Source: a virus (taxonomy: Duplodnaviria; Caudoviricetes). From it: 64,000 nt of DNA. Where the stretch lies: positions 1,679-65,678 of IMG/VR virus record IMGVR_UViG_3300050343_000089; one strand, given 5' to 3'. Shown here in pieces: positions 28,800 to 39,597 of the stretch. The translations under genes and the position numbers were made by a program. Under the pieces are notes generated by a model. That model did not search any database, had not been told where the DNA came from, and saw only the letters and a program-made list of their open reading frames with translations. Every line of letters begins with the position of its first letter. Within the stretch, counting starts at the first letter, position 1.

Positions 28800-28962
28800 T
28801 CTTGTACCTCTCTCATGTTGTCGTAGTCTCTCACTATCTCTATATCAACATGAAACAAAGCACAACACTCTTGATTATCACAGCCCCATGTTTCAACTTC
28901 ACAGCCTATATAATCAAAACATATTCAAGAACACCCTTTTTGCATTTTTTACATCTTTGCAT
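28796..28962 (-). CDS. Early zinc-finger mini-gene MQRCKKCKKG... (one frameshift), copy A only
   Basis: AGGGGTAAATAATG junction; CxxC...CxxxxC after a one-base correction. Confidence 0.5.
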
Positions 28963-29209
28963 TATTTACCCCTATAAATTGTTTAGCTAAATCAGACTCA
29001 CAACCCACATAAAAGGGTATAGATTGGATTCTTACCTTTGTATAACCTTTTGATTCACATAATAAAGCTATTCTCTCTGCAACTGCTTTGCTTTTAATAG
29101 TTTCGCCTAAGTGGTGAGTCTGTAACAGGCTCTCTTGTAAATATTTGGGTTAATGCCCTATCTTCTAGGCTGTTACGCCCCAATTTATATATTCAGTATA
29201 TATCATTCA

Positions 29210-29350
29210 TTATTTACCCCTTATTAATTTTAATTTATGCCCTTGATTAGTTAGGCGGTTAAATTTGTCTTGCATGGTTACAAGACATGAACCCCTAAAG
29301 GCTACAAAGCCTTTAAGTGATCCTTTGTTTATTATGATTTTATATTTCAT
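29210..29350 (-). CDS. Early mini-gene MKYKIIINKGSLKGF...IRGK
   Basis: Homologue at 62671-62811; TAATG coupling. Confidence 0.65.
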   Translation of the reverse strand: MKYKIIINKGSLKGFVAFRGSCLVTMQDKFNRLTNQGHKLKLIRGK

Positions 29351-29685
29351 TACGCCACCTCTTGCTCTTGCATATAATCAAAAACGATTTCTTCGCCTAT
29401 GATATATGTATACATGTTGACTATCTTTTCGGGGTCGCTAAAGTCTGTGTAGACTTCGCCAAAGTTGTCTATTTCATATTCTTTTATGAAGTTGATAATA
29501 TTAAAGGCTTCATCTCCTAGCCATTGTTTAGCTTGATAAGTTCCTATGATGTAATAATCATTGTTAAAAGCGTCATGATGCACCTCTTGATTATCATTGT
29601 TTATTAAATAATCTTTATCATACTCTAAACAATCTTTTAAAAAGTCCTCTAAATGTTCTCTTATTTCTTGTTTTTTGTAGTCCAT
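29350..29685 (-). CDS. Highly acidic early protein, Ocr-like DNA-mimic candidate (copy A only)
   Basis: 111 aa, 27 D/E versus 8 K/R by my count; helical-looking; position near the genome end. Confidence 0.5.
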   Translation of the reverse strand: MDYKKQEIREHLEDFLKDCLEYDKDYLINNDNQEVHHDAFNNDYYIIGTYQAKQWLGDEAFNIINFIKEYEIDNFGEVYTDFSDPEKIVNMYTYIIGEEIVFDYMQEQEVA

Positions 29686-29687
29686 TG

Positions 29688-29837
29688 TTACGCCCCTATT
29701 AATATATTAACTAATGACTTGATGACCACTAGACCAACAAGCAACACACAACCAAAAGCTAAAGAATAATTAATTGCTTTAGTTCTTGCATTATCTACCG
29801 CGTTAATTCTAAACCTAATATTATTTTTATTATTCAT
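29688..29837 (-). CDS. 49-aa membrane peptide, first gene of the distal early operon in copy A
   Basis: AAGGAG RBS; LAFGCVLLVGLVVIKSLVNILIGA hydrophobic C-terminus. Confidence 0.6.
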   Translation of the reverse strand: MNNKNNIRFRINAVDNARTKAINYSLAFGCVLLVGLVVIKSLVNILIGA

Positions 29838-29871
29838 GTTTATATTCTCCTTATAATGTTAAACATAACCT

Positions 29872-29901
29872 ATTATATATAAATATATATTTATATGTCA
29901 A
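29872..29901 (-). promoter_or_regulatory. Consensus sigma70 promoter TTGACA-N18-TATAAT with the 20-bp palindrome
   Basis: Read directly on the minus strand; palindrome at 29877-29896. Confidence 0.8.
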
Positions 29902-30054
29902 TAATTAATTTAATAAATATTTATTTCTTTTTTAATACCTTTATAAGTTTCATGAATAATACATTTAGTATTATTTTCTTGTCATTCCCTTGATTTTTTC
30001 GCGTTGTTTCTTCTTGTCCTCTGAATCCCTTTGTTTATAGGCTTCTGAAACGCT

Positions 30055-30096
30055 AGGTTCTTCTGACCCAGTGGGTACGCAGGTTGCGTGATCGCA
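30055..30096 (+). other. Putative cos site (cosQ/cosN-like)
   Basis: AGGTTCT...GTACG-CAGGTTGCGTGAT-CGCA resembles lambda GGGTCCT...TTACG-GGGCGGCGACCT-CGCG; GC-rich patch upstream of the Nu1-like gene; recurs at 63964-63996. Confidence 0.55.
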
Positions 30097-30216
30097 TTAT
30101 TTTTGTAGAGACAGAGCTGTAACATCAGCCGTATTTATAATATAAAAGTCTTTTTGTAATTGAGCTTTGAATGAAGTATATTTATACTTATGAGTATTAA
30201 GAAACTACTATAAAAC

Positions 30217-30741
30217 TTGGCCACTAGAAAAGAACTAGCAGAGCATCTTGACCTGTCTCCTCAATCTATTAGCGATCTAATTGGAAAGGGTATATTTACT
30301 ATCAGCTCAGGAAGATCGCCTGTTAATATAGATGTGTGCAGGGTTCAATACATAAACTATTTAAGAAAAGCTGCTAGATATACTAAAAAAGATGGTACAG
30401 GTGACATAGCAGAAGAGAAAACCAAACTTACTGCTGCTCAGGCTAGAAAGGCTGAACTTGAAGTAGAAATTATGGAAGGAAAGTTAGTGCCTATACAAGA
30501 AGTTGAGGAGTTTTTGGTTGAAAGGTTTTCAAACGCTAGAGCCAAATGGCTTGGCGTTCCCTCAAAGATTGCACATAAAGTAATTACAGTTGATACTTTT
30601 GCTGAAGCGGAACAAGAAATAAAAGAAGGAATATACGAAGGATTAAACGAACTGGCTAATGATGGAATACCTGAAAAATATAGAACGAGTGGTAGAGAGT
30701 ACGAATCAAGTTTGGACTCCCCCACCCAATCTAAAGATTAG
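30217..30741 (+). CDS. Terminase small subunit (Nu1-like)
   Basis: N-terminal wHTH (TRKELAEHLDLSPQSISDL), coiled coil AQARKAELE...GKLV. Confidence 0.85.
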   Translation: MATRKELAEHLDLSPQSISDLIGKGIFTISSGRSPVNIDVCRVQYINYLRKAARYTKKDGTGDIAEEKTKLTAAQARKAELEVEIMEGKLVPIQEVEEFLVERFSNARAKWLGVPSKIAHKVITVDTFAEAEQEIKEGIYEGLNELANDGIPEKYRTSGREYESSLDSPTQSKD

Positions 30742-32482
30742 CGACTGGGCAGATAACTACAGAAGACTATCTCCTGAATCATCTGCTGAGTCAGGTGTTT
30801 GGAGAACTGACAGAGCACCCTACCAAAGAGAAATCATGGACTCATTTAATGACCATGATATACAGCGTATAGTTTGGATGAAATCTTCTCAGGTTGGTGC
30901 TACAGAGATATTGTTAAATGTTATTGGTTATTACATAGATCAAGACCCTGCACCTATGTTGATTATGCAGCCTACACTAGCTATGGCTCAGGCGTTTAGT
31001 AAAGATAGGCTTGCTACCATGATAAGGGATTCTGAGAAGATAAGAGATTGTGTTAAAGACCCTAGAAGTAGAGATAGTGGTAATACAGTGCTATCTAAAA
31101 AGTTTGTTGGCGGAAACCTTACAATGGTTGGGTCTAATAGTGCTGCTGGACTCGCTTCAAGAGCTATAAGAATTTTGCTTGCTGATGAAACTGACAGGTA
31201 TGAGGCATCAGCAGGAGCAGAGGGAGACCCAATATCACTTGCAACCAAGAGGACAACTACTTTTTGGAATAGAAAAATATACTTATGCTCCACTCCTACA
31301 ATAAAAGGACTTTCAAGAATAGAAACAGCTTTTGAAGAGTCTGATAAGCGTTACTACTATGTGCCATGCCCTGAATGTAATGAAAAACAAGTTTTAAAGT
31401 GGAAGAACGTAATTTGGGAAGAAAATAAGCCTGAGACAGCAGCTTATGCTTGCGAACATTGTGGTTCTATAATAAATGAGTCTAAAAAACAATGGATGTT
31501 AAAGCATGGAGAGTGGATAGCTACAGAAAAGAAAACAGGAACAGCAGGATTTCATATATCAGAGCTATATTCTGTTTGGTCTACTTGGTCAGAAATGGCT
31601 ATTAACTTTCTTGAAGCAAAAAAGAATCCTGAAATGTTAAAAACTTGGATAAATACATCTCTTGGAGAATCTTGGGAAGAACAAGGAGAAGCAGTTGAAT
31701 ATGAGACACTTCTTGGTAGAAGGTTAAATTATGACTACACAACCATTCCTGAAGATGTTTTAGTTCTTACTGCTGGAGTGGACACGCAGAAGGATAGGTT
31801 GGAACTGCAATTGGTCGGATGGGGTAAAAATTATGAGGCTTGGGTGTGTGACTATAAGATATTTTGGGGAGACCCAAATGCTATGAATGTTTGGTCAGAC
31901 CTAGACTCCTATCTTAAGAAAAGATTTAAAACTGAATCTGAGAGATTAATACCCATATCATGTTGTACTATTGACTCAGGTGGACATCATACGAACATGG
32001 TTTATCAATTCACAAAACCTAGACAGGCTAGAAGAATATTTGCTGTAAAAGGATTATCAACAGCAGGTAAGCCAATAGCAAATAGGCCAACATTTGTAGG
32101 TAAAAATAAGGCTGTTTTATACGGAGTAGGGTCAGATTCTGCAAAAGAAGCCATTTTTTCTCGTTTAGCTGCTGATAATGAGTCAACTACTTTACATTTT
32201 TGCTCTGATCTTGATGAAGAGTACTTTAAACAGCTAACAGCAGAAAAAAGAGTAACAAAGTTTATTAGAGGAAGAAAAAGTCTTGTTTGGAAACAAATAA
32301 GACCAAGAAATGAGGCTCTTGACACACTTGTATATAATTTTGCTGCTATATACATACTAAACCCTAATTATGACTCTATTGAGCAAAAAATACTAACAAA
32401 ACAAGCAGCACCAAAAGAAAACAACCAAAATAAGCCACAAAAAGGCATAAATAGAGGTAATTTTGCTACTTCTTGGAAGTAA
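30659..32482 (+). CDS. Terminase large subunit (lambda gpA family)
   Basis: PYQREIMD, KSSQVGATE, LLADETDRY, STPT, CPEC/CEHC, AGVDTQ, RNEALD. Confidence 0.95.
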   Translation: MMEYLKNIERVVESTNQVWTPPPNLKISDWADNYRRLSPESSAESGVWRTDRAPYQREIMDSFNDHDIQRIVWMKSSQVGATEILLNVIGYYIDQDPAPMLIMQPTLAMAQAFSKDRLATMIRDSEKIRDCVKDPRSRDSGNTVLSKKFVGGNLTMVGSNSAAGLASRAIRILLADETDRYEASAGAEGDPISLATKRTTTFWNRKIYLCSTPTIKGLSRIETAFEESDKRYYYVPCPECNEKQVLKWKNVIWEENKPETAAYACEHCGSIINESKKQWMLKHGEWIATEKKTGTAGFHISELYSVWSTWSEMAINFLEAKKNPEMLKTWINTSLGESWEEQGEAVEYETLLGRRLNYDYTTIPEDVLVLTAGVDTQKDRLELQLVGWGKNYEAWVCDYKIFWGDPNAMNVWSDLDSYLKKRFKTESERLIPISCCTIDSGGHHTNMVYQFTKPRQARRIFAVKGLSTAGKPIANRPTFVGKNKAVLYGVGSDSAKEAIFSRLAADNESTTLHFCSDLDEEYFKQLTAEKRVTKFIRGRKSLVWKQIRPRNEALDTLVYNFAAIYILNPNYDSIEQKILTKQAAPKENNQNKPQKGINRGNFATSWK

Positions 32483-32571
32483 TTTGACTTTTCTTGCTAG
32501 GCATGTTGACTTTTTTACAGAAAACCATAGTGTAATATTAGATATATCTAAAACATTTATGAGGTTTTTGC

Positions 32572-33189
32572 TTGAGCAACAAATTTGATTCAACAAATTA
32601 TCCACCCCAAGTGCCTACTGAGCTTCAGTTGGGAGACTTTTGGGCATGGAAAAGAGAAGATCTATCAAGCGACTATCCAGTAGCTTCTTATTCACTATCC
32701 TATGAGTTCAATTTAGTTGATGGTGCTACAGTTTCCAACTTTACAATAACAGCTACTGAGTCAAACGATACATATATCATTGAGGCCAGTAATACATCCT
32801 CATACGCAAAAGGCAATTACAACTGGGTTTCTTACATGACTAGAAGTTCTGACTCTGCAAGAGTTAAACTGGAAGAAGGTTTTGTAGAAGTTCAGGATAA
32901 TTATGCAACTACATCTGCTTCAGTCAGAAGTCATGCAAAGATTGTTTTAGATAGCATTGAGGCTGTCATAGAAAATAGAGCAAATATTGATCAAGCATCT
33001 ATGAGTATTGCTGGTAGATCATTATCAAGAATGTCCATAGACGAATTATTAACCTTTAGAGATAGATACAAGGCTGAATATCTAAAAGAGGTTAAACAAC
33101 TAAGAATAAAAAATAATAGAGGGTCAGGTAATACCATAAAGGTTAATTTTGGTAGAACTACTGGCTCAACACCTAAGAGTTACACATAA
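32572..33189 (+). CDS. Head completion/adaptor protein (gpW-like C-terminus with N-terminal extension)
   Basis: SIAGRSLSRMSIDELL motif; lies between terminase and portal. Confidence 0.7.
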   Translation: MSNKFDSTNYPPQVPTELQLGDFWAWKREDLSSDYPVASYSLSYEFNLVDGATVSNFTITATESNDTYIIEASNTSSYAKGNYNWVSYMTRSSDSARVKLEEGFVEVQDNYATTSASVRSHAKIVLDSIEAVIENRANIDQASMSIAGRSLSRMSIDELLTFRDRYKAEYLKEVKQLRIKNNRGSGNTIKVNFGRTTGSTPKSYT

Positions 33190-34682
33190 TGGCGTGGTAC
33201 AACAGAATATTGGGCGTTAATGAGCCTAAGAAGAAAAAAAGACAAGCATATAGAAGAAGCTATACTGGTGCGAACACTGGTAGACTTTTTGCTGATTTTG
33301 TTACTACATCAACCAGTGCTGATGCTGAGATAAAAGACAACATAAGAATATTAAGAGATAGAGCAAGGGAGTTAGCAAGAAACGATAGCTATATTGCAAG
33401 ATACCTTAACCTGATGGTGTCCAATGTTATCGGTAAGCATGGCATAAGAGTTTCTAGCAAAGGTCGTGATGACAATGGTTCATTAGACATTGCTGGAAAC
33501 CAGCTCATTGAAGATGCTTGGAAGGAATGGGGTAAGGTTGGTAATTGCACAACTAATGGAAGATTATCATTCTTAGACTGTCAAAAAATATTTATTGAAT
33601 CTCTTTGTAGAGATGGAGAAGTATTAGTTAGAAAAATCAAAAAGAAGGATTCGCCTTTTGGTTTTGAATTACAGTTTTTAGAATCAGATCATTTGGATGA
33701 AAATAAAAATGATATTTACAAAGCTACTGGCAATCGTATTAAGATGGGTGTAGAGGTAGATAAGTATGACAAACCAGTTGCTTATCACTTATTTAAAGAC
33801 CATCCTTTTGATAGAGTTTACTTAGCTCAAGCACAACACATTAGAGTACCTGCTGATGAGATTATCCATGCTTACCTACCTTCTAGGGCAGAACAAACTA
33901 GAGGTGTTTCTTTGGTTGCTACAGCAATGGCTAATGTGAAAATGTTAAATGGTTATTTAGAAGCGGAAATAGTTGCAGCTAGAGTTGGTGCATCTAAAAT
34001 GGGTTTCTTTACTTCACCTGATGGTGATGGTTATGTTGGTGATGGAGAGTATGAGGATACCTTCAACCCAACAATGAACGCACAAGCTGGGGTCTTTGAG
34101 CAGCTTCCACAAGGTATGGATTTCAAAGCCTTTGACCCTACACATCCAACATCTGCTTTTGATTCTTTTACAACTAGCGTGCTGAGAAGCATTGCTTCAG
34201 GTTTAAATATTTCTTACCACTCATTAAGTAATGACCTTACATCAGTAAATTACAGCTCAATAAGGCAAGGTGCTCTTGAGGATAGAAGTATGTATCAGAT
34301 ATATCAGCAATTTGTTATAGATCATTTTGTAGACCCTATCTTTAAATCATGGTTAGAAATGTCTATATCAAATGGTTATATAAACCTACCTATGAGCAAG
34401 GTGGATAAATTTTCAAAATCAATAAATTACATACCAAGAAGTTTTGCTTGGATTGACCCATTAAAAGAAATGCAGGCAAATGTTATAGGTTTGCAGAATG
34501 GAACTCTTACTTACGCAGATATATCCAGTAGTTATGGTAGAGATACAGAAGAATTATTTGAACAACATCAAAAAGAAATAGAACTAGCCAAACAATATGA
34601 TATTGAACTAGCATATCAACCATTTGGTCAAAAGAACCCAGTAGATGCAAAGATACAGGGCGGAGATGACGAAGATGAGTAA
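33189..34682 (+). CDS. Lambda-type portal protein
   Basis: LRDRARELARND, QTRGVS, VNYSSIR, WIDPLKE. Confidence 0.95.
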   Translation: MAWYNRILGVNEPKKKKRQAYRRSYTGANTGRLFADFVTTSTSADAEIKDNIRILRDRARELARNDSYIARYLNLMVSNVIGKHGIRVSSKGRDDNGSLDIAGNQLIEDAWKEWGKVGNCTTNGRLSFLDCQKIFIESLCRDGEVLVRKIKKKDSPFGFELQFLESDHLDENKNDIYKATGNRIKMGVEVDKYDKPVAYHLFKDHPFDRVYLAQAQHIRVPADEIIHAYLPSRAEQTRGVSLVATAMANVKMLNGYLEAEIVAARVGASKMGFFTSPDGDGYVGDGEYEDTFNPTMNAQAGVFEQLPQGMDFKAFDPTHPTSAFDSFTTSVLRSIASGLNISYHSLSNDLTSVNYSSIRQGALEDRSMYQIYQQFVIDHFVDPIFKSWLEMSISNGYINLPMSKVDKFSKSINYIPRSFAWIDPLKEMQANVIGLQNGTLTYADISSSYGRDTEELFEQHQKEIELAKQYDIELAYQPFGQKNPVDAKIQGGDDEDE

Positions 34683-37236
34683 ACCAACTCAAAGCATGAA
34701 GTCAGAGGCTAGAAAAGGCTTAGATTGGCGTAAGGAGCATGGTAGAGGTGGAACTAGAATTGGTGCTGAAAGGGCAAATCAAATTCTAAATGGTGAAAAC
34801 CTGTCTGATGAAACTATCAAGAGGATGTATAGTTTTTTTAGCAGGCATGAGGTAGACAAGAAGGCTCAAGGATTTAGACAAGGAGAAAAAGGCTACCCAT
34901 CTAACGGAAGAATAGCATGGGCATTATGGGGTGGAGATGCTGGATTTAGCTGGTCAAGAAAGTTAGTTAATCAAATGAAAGACGATAGAAGTATTGAGCA
35001 AAGAGGAACAGAAGATACTCTAAGAGAAAAAGCCAGCGAACATAATAAAGATGTTGGTGATAATCCAGCAAAAAGAACTAGCTATTCTACATTACAAAAA
35101 GTTTACAACAGAGGTATTGGTGCATATAACACTAATCCTTCAAGTGTTAGACCTAATGTTTCTTCAAAAGAACAATGGGCAATGGCACGCGTTAATAATT
35201 TTTTACGAGTCTTAAGGACTGGTAAATACAAGTCAGGGAAGCATGATACTGATCTGTTACCTGAAGGACATCCTTTATCAACTAAAAACAAGGAGAAATC
35301 TATGAATAAAGAAGATAGACATATCCTGAATGTGAGTGAAACTGATGATAAAGTTATCGTTGAATTTGCGAAGCATGAGGATGTAGAACATGAAGGTGAA
35401 GAATTAGAGACAACTGATGAAGTGTCTATGACTGAATCAAGCGAAGAGGAAAGGAAAGTAATTGATATGCCTATGAAATATAGAACTATTGATCTGTCCA
35501 AACATTCTTACCTTGATGAGGAAAATAGAGTGGTTCGTGTAGGCGTTTCTAGTGAAGAGCCTGTTGAAAGAAGTTTTGGTATGGAAGTGCTGGGACATTC
35601 TGCTGATGATATAAACATGGAGTTTATAAATTCAGGCCGTGCACCTCTTATTGCTTGGATCATGATATGACCTAAGCAAATTGGTGTAATTGAAGAATTC
35701 AAACTAGATGAGACTGCTAAAAGGTCTTTAGCAGTAGTCAGATTTGGAAAATCTGCTTTAGCTCAAGAAGTGTTTGAAGATGTAAAAGATGGGATACGGA
35801 TGAACATATCGGTAGGGTATCGCATTGATAAATTGGAACGATATGAAAGCAACAACGAGACTTATTACAAGGCAAAATGGACTCCAATGGAGGTTTCCTC
35901 TGTAAGTGTTCCTGCTGACCAGTCAAGACTAGTTGGTGTTGGTCGTTCTGAAGATAAAAATAATATTAACTTTAAGGAGATTATAATGTCAGAAAATAAA
36001 GACATAAATATAGAAGAAGTTAGAACTCAAACTATTGACGAAGCTAAAGCTGAATTTAAAAGAAACTCAAAAGAGATCATAGATTTAGCAGCTAGACACA
36101 ATAAAAGAGATTTAGCTGACAAAGCCATTTCAAATGGTATCTCTGTTGAAGAATTTAGAGGCGTATTATTAGAAAATATTTCTAATGACACTCCTTTAGA
36201 AACTCCATCAGAAATTGGAATGAGCAAAGAAGAAGTTAGAGATTTTAGCCTAGTAAAAGCAATCAGAGCTATGGCTAATCCTTCTGACAGAAAAGCACAA
36301 CAAGATGCAGCATTTGAATTTGAATGTTCTGCTGAAGCTGCAAGACAGTATGGTAAAGATGCTCAAGGTATCATGTTGCCTGCTGATGTCCTAAGAACTT
36401 GGGGCAAAAGAGACTTAAACACATCTGATGACTCAACTCTAATCGCTGAAGATTACAGAGGAGATTCATTCATTGATGTATTAAGAAACGAATCTTCAGT
36501 AATGCAAGCTGGAGCAACAATGCTTAGAGGATTACAAGGAAATGTTGTAATACCTAAGAAAACTGCTGCTTCATCTGCTGGTTGGATTGCTACAGAAGGC
36601 AACCCTGCTGCTGAAAGTGAATTTACTGCTGGTTCAGTAACAATGTCACCAAAAGTAATCGGTGCTTTCACTGATGCAACAAGACTATTGTTACAACAAT
36701 CATCATTAGATGTTGAGAACTTAATCAGAGATGACCTAACAAAATCAATCGCTACTGCAATTGACTTAGGTGCTTTAACTGGTTCAGGTTCAAGTGGCCA
36801 GCCAACAGGTATTGCTAATACTACAGGTATTAACACTACAACTTTTGCTGCTGCTAACCCAACATGGGCAGAAATCGTAGCAATGGAATCTGCAATCGCT
36901 AATGACAACGCATTAAGTGGTTCTTTAGGTTACATTTGTAGACCTGCTGACTTTGGTACTTTAAAAACAACTGAAAAAGCTACTAATACAGCTCAGTTTG
37001 TTGTTAATCCTGATAACACTATGAACGGATATAATGTTATTAGAAGTAACCAAGTAACAAGTGGAGATTTCTACTTTGGTAACTTTGCAGACTTATTAAT
37101 TGGTATGTATGGTGGACTAGATATTACTGTTGACCCTTACGCATTATCAACTTCAGGTGGAGTAAGAATTGTTGCTCTACAAACTGTTGATGTAGCTGTA
37201 AGACACGCAGTATCATTCTGTAAATCAAGCGACTAA
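34675..37236 (+). CDS. Fused accessory domains-protease-scaffold-major capsid, split by indels near 35650
   Basis: ORFs 34645-35670 and 35770-37236 colinear with 1176-3737. Confidence 0.85.
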
Positions 37237-37286
37237 TTAACTAATGCTTAAATGGAATGGGGGTGGAAACGCCCCCAACTTAAATA

Positions 37287-37501
37287 TGAAAAAATATAAA
37301 ATCTTAACAGATACAATGGCTGGCGGTTCTAAAGTACACGCTGGTGATATAGTTGAACTTACTGAAAGCGAAGGACATTCCTTATGTGGTTATGGAAAAG
37401 CAGAAGTTCATGTTGGCAAACCTAAAGCTCAAAAAGAAGATAGAAGTGTTGGTTTGGAAACATCAAAAGTAAAAGCTCCTAAAACAAGAGCTAAAAAATA
37501 A
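37287..37501 (+). CDS. Small capsid-adjacent protein
   Basis: Homologue of 3788-4002. Confidence 0.6.
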
Positions 37502-37504
37502 ATT

Positions 37505-37908
37505 ATGCCATTAGAGAGTGCAGCAGATTTTAACGCTTATGTTGACACAACAACAGGTCATGGAGTTACTGCTACATTCTTTGAGGTTCAACAATCTTTA
37601 TGGGATGATTTTCCATTAATAGATACTCTTTTTGATATTGATTCAGGTTTTTCTAAAAATATTAATATTATTATAGATCAAGAATATTTTAATATAGAGG
37701 GCAGGAACAGTACCTGTTGCTGGCTATCAGCCAAGAGCAATTGTTAAGGCATCTGATGTTCCTTATATATCTCAAGAAGATAAGCTATTAGGGTTAATGC
37801 AATAACAACAAATCATGGCAATGTATTAAAACCAAACAACATTTGTTAGTAAAAACAGTTGAGCCTGATAATACAGGACTGGTTTCATTAGTTTTAGAGG
37901 AAGAATAA
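37505..37908 (+). CDS. Head closure-like protein, paralogue 1 (frameshifted)
   Basis: MPLESAADFNAY...GHG...QEY...PDNTGLVSLVLEEE after frame correction. Confidence 0.6.
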
Positions 37909-38259
37909 TGTCCCAATTTAGACTAGAAACTGAAGAAGATATGTTGGGTTATTTAGATATTAACTTATGGTCATGGTGTAAGTGCTGTATATATAATACA
38001 GTGGCACATCATCAACAATTAATATAATTTTAAACAATGAATATATAGAGCAAACTGAAGGTATTGGTGTAGAAGCATTAAGCCAATAGCTTATTGTAGA
38101 AGTATTGATGTTCCCAATGTTGCATTTGGAGATGCATTAAACGTTCAGTGCAATAAAAGATACAAATGGTAATATAATAAAAGCAGCACAAAACTATACA
38201 GTTGTTAATATACAAGCAGATAGAACAGGTTTTAGTGCATTAAATTAGAGGAAGTATAA
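37908..38259 (+). CDS. Head closure-like protein, paralogue 2 (frameshifted)
   Basis: MSQFRLETEEDMLGYLD..GHG...NIILNNEY...VAFGD...IKAAQNYTV after frame correction. Confidence 0.55.
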
Positions 38260-38699
38260 TGGCAAATCATATAAGACAACAAATAAGAGAAAAACTTAAA
38301 ACAACATTAACAATTTAAATACAACAGGCTAGGGTTTATGAGTCAAGAGTTTATCCTTTAGAAACAGTACCAGCATTAGTTATATACACAAAAGCAGAAT
38401 CATCAGAGCCTATAGTAATAGGTACTGATCGTGTAATGAGTAGAGAACTTTCAGTTGTAGTAGAAGGATATGCAAAAGCAACTAGTAACTTTGATGATAC
38501 AATTGATACAATAAGTAAAGAAGTTGAAGAGGCAATAGCAGCAGATAGAACTTTAGATGGTTTAGCAAAGACTGCTATTTAGAATCAACAGAAATAGAGT
38601 TTAACGGTGAAGGTGAGAAAAGCCTTTGGGATATGTCTCTCTTAACATTTTTAACTAATTATTATGTTCAAGGAAACAAATCCTGACGTAGCAGTATAG
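38259..38699 (+). CDS. Tail terminator protein (frameshifted)
   Basis: Colinear with 4352-4795. Confidence 0.65.
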
Positions 38700-38865
38700 G
38701 AGACAATTATGAAAATGATTAGTCCAAATGGCAAAGTTTCTATAAATGCTCACCCTTCAAAGGTTGAGTCTTTATTGAATATGGGTTGGAAAGAAGAAGC
38801 AGTCCATTCGCAAGATAAAATTAAACCTTCTTCAAAGAAAAAGTCGAAAGACGAGGTAAAAGAAA

Positions 38866-39254
38866 ATGGCAACACATAAAGGAAGTGAAGGAACTGTTAA
38901 AGTCGGTTCTAATGCTGTAGCTGAAATTAAGTCTTACTCAATCGAAGAATCTGCTGATACTTTAGAAGATACTTCAATGGGTGATTCTGCTAGAACTTAT
39001 AAGCCATCATTGAAACTTTCTCAGGAAGTTTAGATGTATTTTGGGATGAAACTGATACTAACGGACAAGGTGCTTTAAGCATTGGTTCAGAAGTAACTCT
39101 TAATGTATATCCTGAAGGAGATACAACTGGTGATACTTATTATACTGGTTCAGCTATTGTTACTGGAGTTTCAAGAAGTGCATCATTTGATGGATTAGTT
39201 GAAGCTAGTATTTCAGTACAAGGCAATGGTGCTTTAACATCATCAACAGTATAA
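38866..39254 (+). CDS. Major tail tube protein (frameshift near 39015), divergent allele
   Basis: MATHKGSEGTVKVG...FSGSLDVFWD. Confidence 0.75.
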
Positions 39255-39258
39255 GAAA

Positions 39259-39597
39259 ATGTCAGCAATAGATAACGCAAAGAAACATTTTGACAGCTTA
39301 GAAACTAGAATTATAGAAGTCCCTGAATGGGGTGATGATGAAGATAATCCTTTAAAGATTTATTGTAAACCAATAACCCTTTCAGAGACTTCTAAATTTA
39401 TGAAACTAGCTCAAGATGATGATGTTCAGTTATTGGTCTATGTTTTAATATATAAAGCATTAGACGAGGCTGGAGAAAAGTTATTTACAATCGCTGATAA
39501 GAAAACCTTATTGGAGAGGGTTGATAGAGATGTATTAATTAGAGTTTCTAGTGAGATGATGAACAATGTCTCGCAGGAAGAAGTTAAAAAAAAGTAA
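39259..39597 (+). CDS. Tail assembly chaperone with -1 frameshift extension to 39746
   Basis: Homologue of 5365-5703, same slippery site. Confidence 0.85.
   Translation: MSAIDNAKKHFDSLETRIIEVPEWGDDEDNPLKIYCKPITLSETSKFMKLAQDDDVQLLVYVLIYKALDEAGEKLFTIADKKTLLERVDRDVLIRVSSEMMNNVSQEEVKKK

Larger units (their letters stand above)
1..30080 (+). mobile_element. Phage genome copy A (partial, lambda-like siphovirus, starts inside the portal gene)
   Basis: Continuous head, tail, lysis, replication and early modules ending at a cos-like site before the small terminase gene; no host genes seen. Confidence 0.9.

Noticed and set aside
28441-28990. Plus-strand ORFs in the early region (also 62314-63754)
   Set aside because: Real genes here are on the minus strand, with RBS, promoters and terminator
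37690-39020. Many frameshifts as real pseudogenes or programmed recoding
   Set aside because: Scattered 1-3 bp indels in essential genes, often in homopolymers and intact in the other copy, fit long-read consensus error; only the tail chaperone slippery site is conserved in both
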